DNA of 64,000 nt from Isurus oxyrinchus (lineage: Eukaryota). A program made the position numbers and the translations under genes. The stretch covers positions 129,890,001-129,954,000 of the forward strand of contig JANJGN010000014.1 in the NCBI GenBank assembly GCA_026770705.1. Direction: 5' to 3'. Position 1 is the stretch's first letter, and each line of letters begins with the position of its first letter. The notes below the pieces were generated by a model. It was given only the letters and a program-made list of their open reading frames with translations. It was not told the origin of the DNA and ran no database searches. This document shows positions 12,713-26,209 of the stretch, one piece after another.

Positions 12713-14671
12713 CACCTCACCCTGCACCCGCTGTCCCCCTGCCCCAACCCCCCCAAGCCCCCCAGAAAATAAAGGCTGATTTGGAAAGTCATATGGCAGA
12801 TGTTGAGAGGATCTGATACTGGGCGCATCCCAACCTTCATTTGAGTTTTTGTTGTAACTGACTTGGATTTTGGTGGCCGTTTGAAAACTCAAGTGGGTAG
12901 AAAATAGCACTGAAACTCATTGTGAGAGGAGTTGAGTTCCAAAAATGAGCGTGGATTCAGGTTTGTTGTTTCAATATGGAGGTCTCTGAAGAAGGCAATA
13001 TTTACATGGCTATGGAGAAAGAGCAGGGGCTGATCTGATCTTTCAAAACAGCCAACACAGGCATGACGGGCTGAATGGCCTCTTTCACTGTTAAGATTCT
13101 GTGAAATGATTCACAGTATTAGGTAAACACAAAGTAACTCTTGGAGAGAGCGATAGAGACATAAATTCCCTCTGGCACATTGGTTAAAACATTTATTAAA
13201 TTTGTATTTCTACCATCAGAATCCATTTAAAATGTTTAATGACCATGTTAGAACTTGATGAGAACAGAAGGAAAAATGTGACCTGATGGAAGATAGTGTA
13301 CAGAGGCAGTTAGATCCCTTGATGATTCTTATAAAGTATTGAGTTATTTTGCTATTATCTTTCCAGCAGGAAGAGTACCTAACCCTATGCCTGTCACAAC
13401 ACTGCAGCGAGAGAGAGAATCTCTCTAGATTTATATTAACAGCACTCATAAACAATCGTTTCATTCATAAAAAAACAATCTTGTTTATGGGTATAATTTT
13501 TAAGGCCATAATCAATGCTGTCAACAAGGTAAAATTTTATGTCCATGTGTTAATATAATGTGTAGGTATATGCTGGGTAAAGAGGCACTCTCCCATTCCA
13601 GAGAGGTACAGGGCCTCATAGACGAACTGATCTTAAATTGTGCATTAACCCCCCCATCTGGCTACCTAACTAATCAAATTCACTTCCAAACATTAGACTT
13701 TACTACTGGCTGGAATGAAGAGTACTAGTTTATTTACCCTGAACTGGTGCCTAGTCATTCATCTGTGTCGTGAACTTCAAGCATTTCTTTTTTTGGAGTG
13801 AGTGTACTGAAGAATGGTGTACTTTTCACTTTGAGCATTTAAGGTATTTGGCAATGAAATTTGAGGACAATATGTTTTTATGCAGCGAGTTGTTTGAAAA
13901 TGGAATGCACTGCCCAAAAGATTCTTTTAATAACGTTCTAATGGCAATTGGATAAATACTTGAAGCACAGAACATTTGCAGGGCAATGTGAAAAGAAGGG
14001 GATGGGACTAATTGGATAGCTCTTTCAAAGAGTTAGCCCCTGCATGATGGGTCGAATGGCCTGCTTTTGTGCTGTAAAGATCTATGATCTGAGGTAAGTG
14101 TTAAGAACTCCCAGCATGAGCCTGATGCAAAGCCAGGCTTGATTTCTGTTGGCTTGTCAGAGGAGTAAAACTGGATTCCTTTTGAGTGTGTGATTGCCAG
14201 CCTTAATCTAATATGTGTAAAATTAAATTAACTAGTTCTGAATTAGGATGGAAGTGTCAGCAAGTGTCTTCAATACCCAATAATCTTTGCTTCTACTCAA
14301 TGCAAGAGCCTGATCCTTGCTTCACCCTGAAACCATCTGGCTGAATGTTAATATTATGGGTGTAACACTTAGTGACATTTCTATAACAGGAAGCTGCAGT
14401 TTCCTACTCTCGATTGTAAAGGTGGGAATTAGAAGTATCAAAACATTAAAAAAATACTTTTATTCCCCTCAACAGGTCCTTGTTTTGAGTGAATAATGTG
14501 TTTACACTAAATGGTCTTTATAACTCATGAACTGGAACACACTTTTATCAACGTACTGCAAACACTGTGTGTGTAGGTTTTATTTACTGATTAGCTCCAC
14601 TGCTAGCTCTGGATGAAAGCTAGAGAGCAAAACTTCTTTTCAAACAGAGCGCTTCCTCTCTTGGTTTCAAT

Positions 14672-15810
14672 TGTGGCTCAGTTGGTAATGCAGTCTCCTC
14701 CTTGAGGCAAAAGTTGCTGCGTTCAAGTCCCACTTCATGGATTTCAACACAGAATCTCAAGGTTGACTCATCAGTGCAGTAGTGAGGGAGTGCTGCATTT
14801 CAGGAGGTTCAGTCTTACAGGTAAGATGTTAAACTGAGGCCTCCTCGCGTGGATGCGAAAGATCCAACGGCATTAATTGAAGGGGAGGAAAGGAATCTGC
14901 CTTGCGTCCTGGCTCTCATCCAACATCATTAAAACAGAGTCTGCACATTCTGACATTGCTGTTTGTGGGAGTTTGCTGTGTGCGGTGTTCCCTACGTTAC
15001 TCTTCACGGTCAGGATCTTTTGGATGGTGGGATTCCCACCCTGCCACCTGAAGAACCAGCGGGGAATCGCATCCCAGCTGATACTGGCTGTCATACAACC
15101 CACAGGACTTCTGCCCCTCACTCGGCAGGAAGTCCTGCCTCAGAATCAGATTGGCCACAAGCAGTCCCCAGATTCTAAGGCCAGGGCCAGGTAACTTCAG
15201 CTGGTCTCGCCTTGGGGAGGGGAGCTGAGCCCCAAGGGGATTGGAGGGGGGGGGGTCTTGAACGATAGGCTGGGGGTGAGGAAGGAGCATCAGTGGGGCG
15301 GGGGGAATGCACAGTGTGGAAAGGAGGCTGTTGAAGGAGGTACCTCACCCACTGCCCGCCCAAGGCCTGAGCAGGGTGACTTTCTGGGCTTCCCCCAACT
15401 GTGCCTGAAATCTTCCTGTCAGCCTGACAATTTAAAACAGTTGGAAAATGGCCCTAAATTGGTCATGAATTGCCCAATTAAGGGCCTCGATGAGGGTACA
15501 GGTGGGCTGACTTTGGCCTCGACTGTCCCACTGCAAAATTGGAAGGCGGGGTGCAGGGGAAGGAGAAGGGGAGGGTGGGAATCCTTCAATGCGCTCCTTT
15601 CCAAACCCCACCCTCCACAACTGCTCCATGAAGACCTGCAACCTCACTCGGGTCACATCTTCCCCTCCCCAAGGGAGGGCAGTTGGAATTTTACGAGGTC
15701 CCCCCCTCCCCAGTCCCTGCTTGCAAACCCATTGACGGGGGCCGTAAAATACAGCCACATAAGTACTTCATTGGCTGCAAAGTGCTTTGGGATTCTGAGG
15801 TTGTGAAGGT
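14672..15810 (+). mobile_element. DeuSINE-like SINE with a nested MITE (about 15008-15756)
   Basis: Head tgtggctcagttggtaa...gttcaagtccc. Tail aagtacttcattggctgcaaagtgctttggga resumes after a GC-rich insert related to 4545-5315. Confidence 0.65.
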
Positions 15811-16268
15811 GTCCCATGAATCCAAATTGTTTTCTTTCCTCTGCCGTACGTTCAGTATTAACGCAACGTGTTCACAAGACCCACATTTATCATGTCTTGA
15901 CATCCACTGATGTTACCCAATGGTGGTTCATCATGAAACCTCACTCAACAGCATCTTGCTTTAGTGTACTGACTGTCTCACAGAGGAACATCTGAAGGCT
16001 TCACAGAAGAGGATGATGCAGAGAAAGAGACAATTGGTGGAGGGTGGGGAAGAAACTGAGGCAATGCTGAAATACTGGGCCATAATCGCTGATGGTTACT
16101 GCACATAACTGATCTCGTTACATAACCATGACTGGAGACTGTTAGTTACATTAACAGATTCCATGAGATTTGTTTGTGTCTTTTATTGGATGTATTTTGC
16201 AAATTGGCATCATCTATTTGACATTGTGCTGGAAAGTACTGGTAACCTATAAACATGTTTGTCGTCTT

Positions 16269-16514
16269 AAACAAAAACAGAATTACCTGGAAAAACTCAG
16301 CTGGTCTGGCAGCATCGGCGGAGAAGAAACGAGTTGACGTTTCGAGTCCTCATGACCCTTCGACAGAACTTGAGAATCAAGTTCTGTCGAAGGGTCATGA
16401 GGACTCGAAACGTCAACTCTTTTCTTCTCCGCCGATGCCGCCAGACCAGCTGAGTTTTTCCAGGTAATTCTGTTTCTGTTTTGGATTTCCAGCATCCGCA
16501 GTTTTTTTGTTTTT
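16269..16514. mobile_element. Young Penelope-like insertion forming a near-perfect hairpin with about 105-bp arms
   Basis: Arms 16269-16373 and 16377-16481 are reverse complements around a gaa loop. 14-bp duplication atgtttgt(c/t)gtctt at 16255-68 and 16515-28. Confidence 0.85.
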
Positions 16515-17606
16515 ATGTTTGTTGTCTTCTCCATTTGGAGATGTGTTCGAGGTATTTAAAATCATGAGGGGTCTGGGCAGGATAGCTAGTGGAAAACAGC
16601 TTCCCATTGATGGAAGGATCGAGACAGAGAGGGCACAGATTTCAAGTTAATAGGCAAAAGAAGCAACGGAAACGTGAGAAACTTTTTCACGCAATGAATG
16701 GTTAAGATGTGGAATGATGCTGCCTGTGTATGTGGTGGAGGCAGATTCAACTGAGGCATCCAAGAGGGAATAGGATTATTATCTGAAAAGGCAAGGTGCA
16801 GGGCTATTGGGGAATGGCGCTAATTGCATTGCTTATTTGGAGAGCCAGGAATAGACATGACTGGCCAAATGGCCTCCTCCTGTGCTGTGATTATCCTGTG
16901 ATTGTGTGACCTTGGGGTTTATGTCTTGAAAGATTGACAAAGAATCTCAAATCTTGCTGTTTTGCAATGTACTATTAGAATTCATATCAAAACCACATTT
17001 AAGGATAATGGTAGCGCTGGTTTCTCTTCAGCAGAGATTCTGTTGATGTTATGTCACTGTTGCTAGTTGGCTGTTTCCAGCTTCCCTTTCCAGTACGAAG
17101 TGTACAAAAGCCTCATTATAACAGCCAACAGATGGTCCCCTCTCTACAGATCTGCCTTCAGCAACTGTCTGACCTGCTAACCTGCAATAGGGGAAAAAAT
17201 GGTGACTGTCTTTGTAAGTCGACCCAAGTTGACTCTCCTCTTGGAAAACATACAAAAATATTTTTCAGAAAACTCCACAGGAAACACAGTTTAGAAAAAT
17301 GGAGCCAGGCATTTCGGGAGTGAAGATTAAAAATGCTGGAAACTCTCAGCCGGTCAGGCAGCAACCGTGAAGAGAGAAACCAAGCTAATTTCCAGGTTTG
17401 TGATCTTGTATCAGAACTGGAAAAAGTTAGTGATGTATTAGGCAAGTGCAGAGGCTTTTGTTTTCAGACTGAAGTTAGAAACACTCCTACCTTTTAAAGG
17501 GTGGTAGGAGTCTGGAACTCTCCTCACCAAGTGGTAGTTGATGCTAGATCAATTGTTCATTTTGAATTTGAGATTGATAGATTTTTGTTAGCCAAAGGTA
17601 CTAAGG

Positions 17607-18308
17607 CAGGCTTGTCCAACATATGGCCCGAGGGCTGAATACGGCCTGCAAAGCCCCTCTATGTGGCCCCCGAGCCAGTTTCCAAAATCCCAGTCAAACA
17701 GGTGAGCTTCAATGGAGGACCCTGCTTGGAGCTTATCAGCAACAAATGAGGGAGAGAAACAATCTCTGATTGGAGGGCTGGATTCTGTGGAAAGGAGCAA
17801 CAACGGGGCTGGGGAGGGTGAAGGTTTGGCGACCTGTGAAGGAGATGGTGCCATGGTGAATGTGTGTGTGTGTGAGAGAGACTGAGCGACTGTGTGTGGT
17901 GTGGGGGTGGGGAGTGTGAGCCTGCCTTGTGCCCAGTTTCACGTTTCTCACTCACTCACACACCACCGCACACCAACACAGATACACGCACCCACTCACA
18001 GTGGATGAGGGTGAGTGAATGAGCACCTTGAGACTGGGAGTGAGCTAGACACACACTCTGACTCTCTCGCACTCTGGTCATTTTGATTAATTATTATTTT
18101 TTAAGTTTAACAATTTATTGTGATGACATTGCTGTACTTTTGCTCAGAAATGATTTCTTTCCTTAAAATCTCAATTTAAAAAAAGATTCAATTTATTGCG
18201 CCAAACCTTTGCTTTCTGAAATTTGCTCACTGAGTGAGAAAATTATACGAATGAGCCGCCCTCCCCTTCCCCCCCGCCTTCCCCCAGTGAAAAGGTTGGA
18301 CGAGCCTG
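17607..18308. mobile_element. hAT-type non-autonomous DNA transposon
   Basis: TIRs caggcttgtccaac / gttggacgagcctg. 8-bp TSD tactaagg / tattaagg. Confidence 0.85.
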
Positions 18309-18380
18309 TATTAAGGGATATGCAGGAAAGGCATGTACATGAAGTTAGATCATAGATCAGCCACAATCTCATTGAATGGT

Positions 18381-18611
18381 TGTTATAGAGTTGATCTTCA
18401 GACAACTTCTATTAGTGGAAACATTTAACTTTATTTACAAACAGCAATAGCAACTACACGTGTGCATCAAACTCCATAACTAAAGAAGAACTCTCTGGTC
18501 GAGATTCTCCACACTGTTAACACATTGGGTTTACACTGATCATGTGATCTTACAACACATGATTATTCTTAAAGCTACAGTCCAACATTTCCCAAAACTA
18601 TAGTTACGACG
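18381..18611. mobile_element. Solo LTR of the element-2 family
   Basis: Collinear with 48636-48869. Exact TSD atggt at 18376-18380 and 18612-18616. Sits inside a CR1 3' tail. Confidence 0.9.
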
Positions 18612-20974
18612 ATGGTGAAAAGGCTCAAGGAGCTGAAAGGCCTCTTTCCTTTTCCTATGAGACCCAGCCCTCAGGAAAGAAAAGGAAAGATTTCTTTAAA
18701 CGAACTGGGATGAAATATTTTAAGTGCCAAGTTCCCCACCACTACTTGACTCAAGCAAGCTATGTTGTCTAAATTCACTTGAACCAATGAGAACCACTAC
18801 TGCTTTGCATAACACCCTTCTAAATTCCTGACCCCCACCACCATTGGCACCATTTCAACTACAACCTGATGTTTACCCTCTGTGCCTCCTAATCTTACAA
18901 CAGGAATTGGGCTTTGCCTGTCACTTGGTTCACACCCTGCCATTGAAACTCTGCCTATCTGAACTTGTTTCCCAGCCTGCAAGCAAATCCACAGATTAGT
19001 TAAACTGCAAAGTTTACCTAACAGTCCTTTTGCAGCAAGTTACTTTTAGTAGGGCAAATAATTTTATATCATGTTCTGTAATACAGGTACATACAGGCAA
19101 ATTTATACTAAGGTTGTCATCAAGAATGAGTTATGTAGTTTTATCACCCTCCCTAATGTAGTTCCTGCATTCTACACATAGCTACATGCCATATAATGCA
19201 TGCTCAGTTGAGATAATTTCAAGCTGCATCCAGCTAAATAAACTATGACAGTTTAGTTTGACACTATTACACATTTTTAAAAATGACTATCTCAAAATCC
19301 TGTCGATAACCTTACAAGGAAATTTATCCAAATAAGAATATCCTCTTTTCAGTGACTGAAACACATCAAGTTCTCGAAGATGATTTTTGCTTTGTACAAT
19401 ATATGAAAAGCGCCAAGGTTCATTTGCAACTTGTTGCTCTACTTAAACCTGTTTTTTTTTTAAAAAAAGCCACCACTTTGCAAATGTTCTGAATAGCACC
19501 GGACATTGGTGTGTATTGAATTCAGTTAATTTTCACCATGGGACCTCCCTCAGGTGAATGAGTTGGTTCGGAACATTAAGGGCCCAAAATAAAACAATCT
19601 TGGATGGTGTCAAACTGGTACCGGTTGACATTTGAGTTCAAATTGTTCTCTGCACTGATAGCTTGGTACTAATATAATTGCTGCCCTGAGAAACTATTAG
19701 CATAGAGGAAATTAAGATGTGGATATAATGCTATCCCTCTGAGGATAGAATTGAGGCAGACTGTCTGGGTAATATATAGGAGCTATTGTGGCCTACTACC
19801 CACCAAGAACTGAGATTAGGTCAAAATAAAGACCCTATAAACATTGCCTGAGCCATTTGGCAGAATGGAATTTTATCCCACATTCTTGACGGTGTTTGAA
19901 AGTAGGCTTCAGAGATGAATAGAAAGTGCATGAACCTGCTCTGGCATTCAAACTCCAGTATTTCATATTTATGTGTGTGTTTTTACTTTGACTTGTACCT
20001 GAAAGTAATGATGATCATAAAATATTTTTGATAGAGTGAACTGTTGTGACTTCTTTTGAATACATTTTATTCGGCCATGGTAACTTGAAACACAACGCAA
20101 ACCAACTGTTAGACTTGATGAATAACACACGCCTACCAGAGTTTTGGGTGGAGTAAAACTTTGTACCAGATGATGCATGAGAAACTGAATCATGTCAGAT
20201 GCACATGCTAGGAAAACCCACAGAATTTGCATGGAGTTAGCCCATGTGTGCTCTAGGCTCTACTAGTGGAAAGAAGGTGAGTGTGGGGAAGAGTCAGGGG
20301 CTCTTTAAACTAGACAAATTGGTTGTTCATGGGTTTTGGAGAGTGGTGGTGGCATGTTGCAGATTACTCAGGTAGTCTGTGTTGCTGTGGCAATGGGCAT
20401 TTTTACATGCATGTTGTAGCCTGAAGCTATGGACAATGATGGTAGAGTCTCCTACTTTCCATCACATGGCTGACCAGGAATCTCTCCTGCTCCTAGCGCC
20501 TGCCATTGGCGTGCGGTGGAAGAATTTTCAGGTTGATAATGTTTGGTCGCATTATGAACGCACCTTCCTTGGCCATTAAGTCCTGGGATGGAACTCAACC
20601 CGGAGTCCCTAGCTCAGAGACAGGGATGCTACCTACCGCACCACAAGATGAGAGTAGAATGGTGCAATTAGTTTGAAATGCTTCAGCAAAGAACCAACAT
20701 AAACGTGATGGCCTCCATCTGATATACATTTCTGGGGCCCAGAATTCCGGTCCAGGCCAAGAGAGATTCATTAGGGGCTGAAAAGTGGGAACTCAGGTTC
20801 TATCTCAAGTTTTTACTTTATGGGTTGCACTATTCCAGTGCTGGGGGTTGGTGAGGTGGTGGAGAGCATGTAGGGTGGTGGAGCAGGGTAGGGCAGGGGT
20901 TGGGGGGTGGGGGGGGGCGCGGGGTGGGTGGGTGCATGGGGCTTTTTTTTCTCTTTACTCTTTCATGAGGTGAG

Positions 20975-21307
20975 TGCATTATTGGCAGTGCTTGCATTTG
21001 TTGCCCATCCCAAAATGCACTTGAACTGAGTGTTTGCTGGGCCATTTCAGAGGGCAGTTAAGAGTCAACCACATTGAAGTGAATCTGGAGTTGGGTGTTG
21101 TTTGGCCAGACCAGAGAAGCATGGCAGATTACCTTCCCTAAAGGGCAACAATTGATAGTTTCCAGGTTTATTAATTGAATTTAAATTCAATTTATCAATT
21201 AAATCCCACCAGCTGCCATTAAATCCCACCAGCTGTCCCCAGAGCATTAGCCTGGGCCTCTGGATTGCTCGTCCAGTGACATTACTACTTTGCCACCATC
21301 TTCCCAC
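20975..21307 (-). mobile_element. tRNA-derived SINE, same family as 34557-34884
   Basis: Reverse complement of the head gatggtggcaaagtagtaatgtcactggac and the shared tail. Further copies at about 30840-31185(-), 46595-46960(+) and 52019-52400(+). Confidence 0.7.
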
Positions 21308-22167
21308 TAGCTGAACATAAAAGTGTTCTTAAGTTCAGAGCCATGGGTCTCTTCAGAAATAGCACTCTGTCTATCTCCTACTGTATTTTCTCAGTAAGGA
21401 GAGGGGAAACTATAAAACAAGCAACTAGCCTATACCTAACTAGTCATGGCACTGGATTGTATTAACATAATTTGTCAATGTTTCAACAGCAAACATAAAT
21501 CCCACTATGCAATTCATTGAAGATCATTGAAAAGAAGTTGGATAATAAGAAAATGTACAACCTGTGAGAGAGCGAACTCCTTGCAACAATGAGAAAACTG
21601 TTGTTGTTATCACTTCAGGTCTGTTGATGTGTCAGTGAGGAAGAGGTAGTTACTGCGCGTATTACCTGAGCTATATAATTCTGTGTTGTGATTCCCATCC
21701 ATATTTTACACTGGATGTAAAATATCCATTCAGTATATGAATGTCTTTTTTTAAAATTCATTCATGGGATGTGGGCTTCGCTGGCTGGGACAACATTTAT
21801 TGCCCACCTCTAGCTGCCCTTGAGAAGGTGGTGGTGAGCTGCCTTCTTGAACCGTTACAATCAATGTGATGTGGGTACACCCACAGTGCTGTTAGGGAAG
21901 GGAGTTCCAGCGACAATGAAGGAACGGCAATATATTTCCAAGTCAGGATGGTGAGTGGCTTGGAGGAGAACTTGGAGGTGATGGTGTTCCCATCTATATG
22001 CTGCCCTTGTTCTTTTGGATAGTCGTGGGTTTGGAAGGTGAGTCTCCAAGGACAGGAATAAGTTGAAATGAAAAATACACAGATATGGAGTTGATTGAAC
22101 TCTGCGCAATGGCATCATTGAGTTTAGAAGTACAAATTGTCTCCCATTTAAGTGTTTTAAAAATTGT

Positions 22168-22808
22168 GGGTTGAATTTATTTCAGATGGTAGGGTTTTCA
22201 CCCACTGGTTAGAGAGCCAGTGAAAGCCTCGCTTGGCCTCCTTTGGGGAAGGCTTGTCATATTAAATGCCAGTTAGGCACTTATGTGACCACCAGCAGTC
22301 CTTCCCCAGGATCAAGGACCCAGAGGTAGAAAATCCTTTCACCACACATCCCCTGGAAGCTGCAGGCCAATCAGTGCAGTCAGTGTTATTGGTGGAGGGG
22401 CTGCCAGCAATGTATTCACTGGAAGGACAGGATCACTGAGGGACCCAGACCAGAGGTGAGTGAGTTGGATAAGGGTCAGGGTGCTGGAGGCAAAGACAGG
22501 GAATGGCTTTCAGCAGTCATTCCATTTCTCAAGGCTGGGTCCCTCGATCAAGCACTCATGAATGCCCAACACAATGAGGCTTGATTTTCAGACTCCCCAA
22601 GTAGCGACCACCCTCCCTGCCGCTGGTTGAATACCAGAAGCAATGGGACGAGGTCCTTAATTGGGCATTAATTGCCCACTTAAGGGACTCAATTGGTGGC
22701 AGGGCAGGAAGGCCATCCACAAACCTTTCTGCCCCAGACTTAATTGGGCCAGAGGTGGGAAGGTGGCGGGGTCCCTACCCAATACCTTCCCACCCGGGTA
22801 AATGCCCC
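22168..22808. mobile_element. MITE of the same Harbinger-like family
   Basis: gggttgaattta ... taaatgcccc ends, with the family's internal motif aattgcccacttaaggg. Confidence 0.55.
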
Positions 22809-23961
22809 TTCACCTCCAAACTTGCCGCAGAGGAGGGCATTATGTTTTTCCACATGTTTCTGCTTCCTGTATCCCCTCCACAGTATTCGCCTCCCCCACC
22901 CCTCTCCCCCGCTTCAGGGGTATAAATATGGAGCGAGAAGAACTCCTGCCAGTCATTACCTCCAATGTGAAAGTGAATCTGTAAGGAGGGTCCTTTACTG
23001 AGAATATATTGAGACATAAACTCCCTTCATTCTAAGCCGTACAATTCTCACCATTCTGTCAGGCACTTAGAAACCTCAATAAACTGGCAGAAAAGTTTTT
23101 TTTTAACTATCTGAAAGCAAGATCCACTTGTTAGCATGATAGCAAGAGTTGATTTACTGAGAATGAAAAGTTTGCACATTACTTAGGGAAATGGTGAACT
23201 TGTCAAGGTTCAGGTTAACTTGTCTTGCTATTAAAAAATCAAATTCAACTTAACAAATATGCAAAAGCTCATATGCAAAATGATCTTGGATAAAGTATGT
23301 TCTGGGGGTCCATCTGACCTGGTCCTTTCCATTCTAGCAGTTTCTTAAGTGAGTCCAATATTTTAACTGCAACTCCTTCTGCTCCGTTGTTCAATATATA
23401 TTTTTCTTCAGAAAGAACGGTATCTGAATGTATAGTGACTGCCCGACATGCAAAAGCTGAGGATTCATGGAGAGGGACTGAAATCTGACAAATATTGAAA
23501 GCAAAATCTCCTACGGCATTGTCTATTCGAAGTGCCCTGTCAACATTTTCCTAGCATATAACATTAATTAGGAGGTGAATACAGTTTACAGAAGAGACTA
23601 TTATGAAGTTGATGGATAGGGAGTCACACCTCTGTTTCTACATGCAAGATCTTTCTTCACCTTTATTGTGCTGCCAGCTGGAGGCACTAAATCGAAACCT
23701 TTTCCATAGGGAGATAAGTTGCAAGTTCCTGAGATTGATGTCAACTCTCATCAGAATGTCTGTGTGCATATGCTTTGTTTGGTCTCATAGCTAAGGTCTT
23801 CATTCAAGCTTTACACCTTACAGATATGGTACCAGTGATACCTTGTGTACAGCAAGTTGGATAAAAACACAACATAACACTGACCATCAAACATTGCAAT
23901 GTTCACCACTTGCTCTGAGATTCTAAAAGCTCCTCACTGATGTGCAATGAAACTCAGACAA

Positions 23962-24516
23962 GGGGTGGAATTCAATGCCTGCTCCTGTGGTAAGTTTGGT
24001 GGCAGGGGCATTTAATCAGGCAGAAATATGGCAGGTTGGTACCCTACCACCTTACCACCTCCACCCCGATTTAAATCCATGGTGGGAAGGTCTATGGACG
24101 GCCTTCCCGTCCTGGCACAAATTGGGGCCCTTGAGCCGGCCGCACGACAAGCAAATCCATGCGGGGTTGCTTGCGGGCTCCTGGGGGTGAGGGCGGGAGG
24201 GCAGTGGCTGCTGAAGGCCCACCCTCCCTTCCTGCCAATCCCAGCAACCCCCCCCCCACCACCCCCATCACACATGTCGCCCATCCCATCATCACTCACC
24301 TGCGGCCTGGGATCCACTATCATTCAGTATATCTGCCTGCCTCTGAATGGCCCAGAGCTCTTGGTGGGCAGGATAACCACCCTTGGGGTGCTTGATCCAG
24401 GGGAAGGACTGCAGCTGCCCAGTTAAGTGCCTGAGTGACATTTAAGGTGTCGCGAGGTTCTCACTAGCTCTCCAAATGGTGAGTAAGACCCACAACCTCT
24501 CCATTGAATACTTCCC
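23962..24516. mobile_element. MITE of the same Harbinger-like family
   Basis: ggggtggaattcaatg ... cattgaatacttccc inverted ends. Confidence 0.6.
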
Positions 24517-26209
24517 AAGGACTGTAGATTCCTAAGACACTGAAATATGCATCTTATCCACTTTCTTTTAAATCGCATGTTCAAAAATGAAGCCCTACCA
24601 TCAAAAAGGTATTACATTTATGGGGATTTAGAAGAGTTAATTTTGAAACTCTTTTGTGTATTTCATCAGAAAATTTACATTGCATGAGTATGATCCAAGG
24701 TCTTACAATTGCTTAGAGAAATGTAGATGGTGTACCTTAGACCTGTAAATTGAGTCAGGAGATTTTGGGTATGAGCCAGGACACTGATTCATAGTCTAGG
24801 TTAACATTCCAGTGAAGTCATGAGTGCTGCATTGTCAAAGTGCTAACTGGTCAATGAGATACTTAATCTAAATCTTATTTTACAGTTGAGATCTTTGCAA
24901 GTAGATGTTAAAGATCCCTTGGCATTATCGTAGGGAGAGGAGGGGCTTGTTCTAGCATTCCTTCATCCACCATTTAAACTAGCTAAGCTGGTTAGAACAC
25001 TGGGACATGAGTTGGCCATTAGCCCCATGACCCTATTCAATGAGATAATGGCTGATCTGTGGCCTAACGCCACAACCTCACCTTTGCCCTATATCCTTCA
25101 ATGCCTTTGGTTAACAGATATCTCTCAATCTCCGATTTTAAATTAACAATTTACCTAGCCATTTGTGGAAAAGAGTTCCAAACTTCTATCACCTTTTCTG
25201 TGTAGAAATGTTTCCTTATTTTCCTCCTGCAAAATCCGCTTCTAATTTTTAAACTCTGCCCCCAGTCCTAAATTCCCCCAAACAGTAGAAATAATTCCTC
25301 TCCATCTGCTTTCCCTGTTCCCTTTAATATCTTCAATACTTCAAATTCCATGGAATACAAGCCTAGTTTATGTAATCTCTCCTTATAATTTAACCTATGG
25401 AGTCCTGGTGGTATTCTAGTAACGATCTACGCTCAAAAACAGAAAACGCTGGAAATATTCAGCAGGTCAGACAGCGTCTGTACAGAGGAACAGAGAACTT
25501 ACGTTTCAGGTTGATGGCCCATCATCAGGACCAGTGATGATTTGACGAGTGTATTGTTCCTGGTGGTGGAGCCTGCTGGCCCTGATCTTGTGTGTTCACT
25601 GATTGTGAAGCCGACTGAAAAATGTGATGAGGTGCTTGTGTTTCCATGCAAGTGGGTTGTTTAACTTGTTCTGTCAGCAGAGAACCAACTGATATCAACA
25701 AGACTAATGACCCTGAGGCAAGCTAAAGGATTACAAGAATAGTGAATTGTGAATATGTGGCTCAGTCTCTTAGCAAAAACCAGGGCATTTTCTGAAAAAA
25801 AAAACAGATTTAATTTCTAGTCAGGACTGGGAGTTGAAAATTAGGGGGATAAACATAAGCTTAACTGATGAAATATCCCATGGAAGATGATAGCTATGAC
25901 CATGAGGCTGTCACTGGTGGCAAGAAATCTGCCAGGGTTGAATAATGGGAGTCATAAAGCTGGTTAAGTATTCGCAGAATCTCTCTGAGTTACACACAGG
26001 GATTTTTAACTCTATCACAGCACGTTTACTGTGCAGAAGGCCATTCAGCCCATTGAGTCTGCACTGGCTCTCTGAAAGAGCATTCCACCTAGTCCCACTC
26101 CCCTGCCTTATCCCTGTAACCTTGTACATTCTCTCTTTTTAGCTAGCAATCCAATTCCCTTTTGAATATCTCACTCAAACCTGCCTCCACCGCCTTTTCA
26201 GGAAGTTTG

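Larger units (their letters stand above)
17480..18660 (+). mobile_element. CR1 3' tail hosting the hAT element and the solo LTR
   Basis: gggtggtaggagtctggaactc...gagattgatagatttttgtta, resumes ttagatcatagatcagccacaatctcattgaatgg, resumes aggctcaaggagctgaaaggcct. Confidence 0.75.

Noticed and set aside
16255-16607. Mirror-image ORFs on both strands
   Set aside because: Artefact of the palindromic Penelope-like insertion.
17049-17323. Possible enhancer (E-box cagatg, ETS acaggaaa) or coding exon
   Set aside because: Short motifs are expected by chance and no conservation data are available. The ORFs have no recognisable homology.
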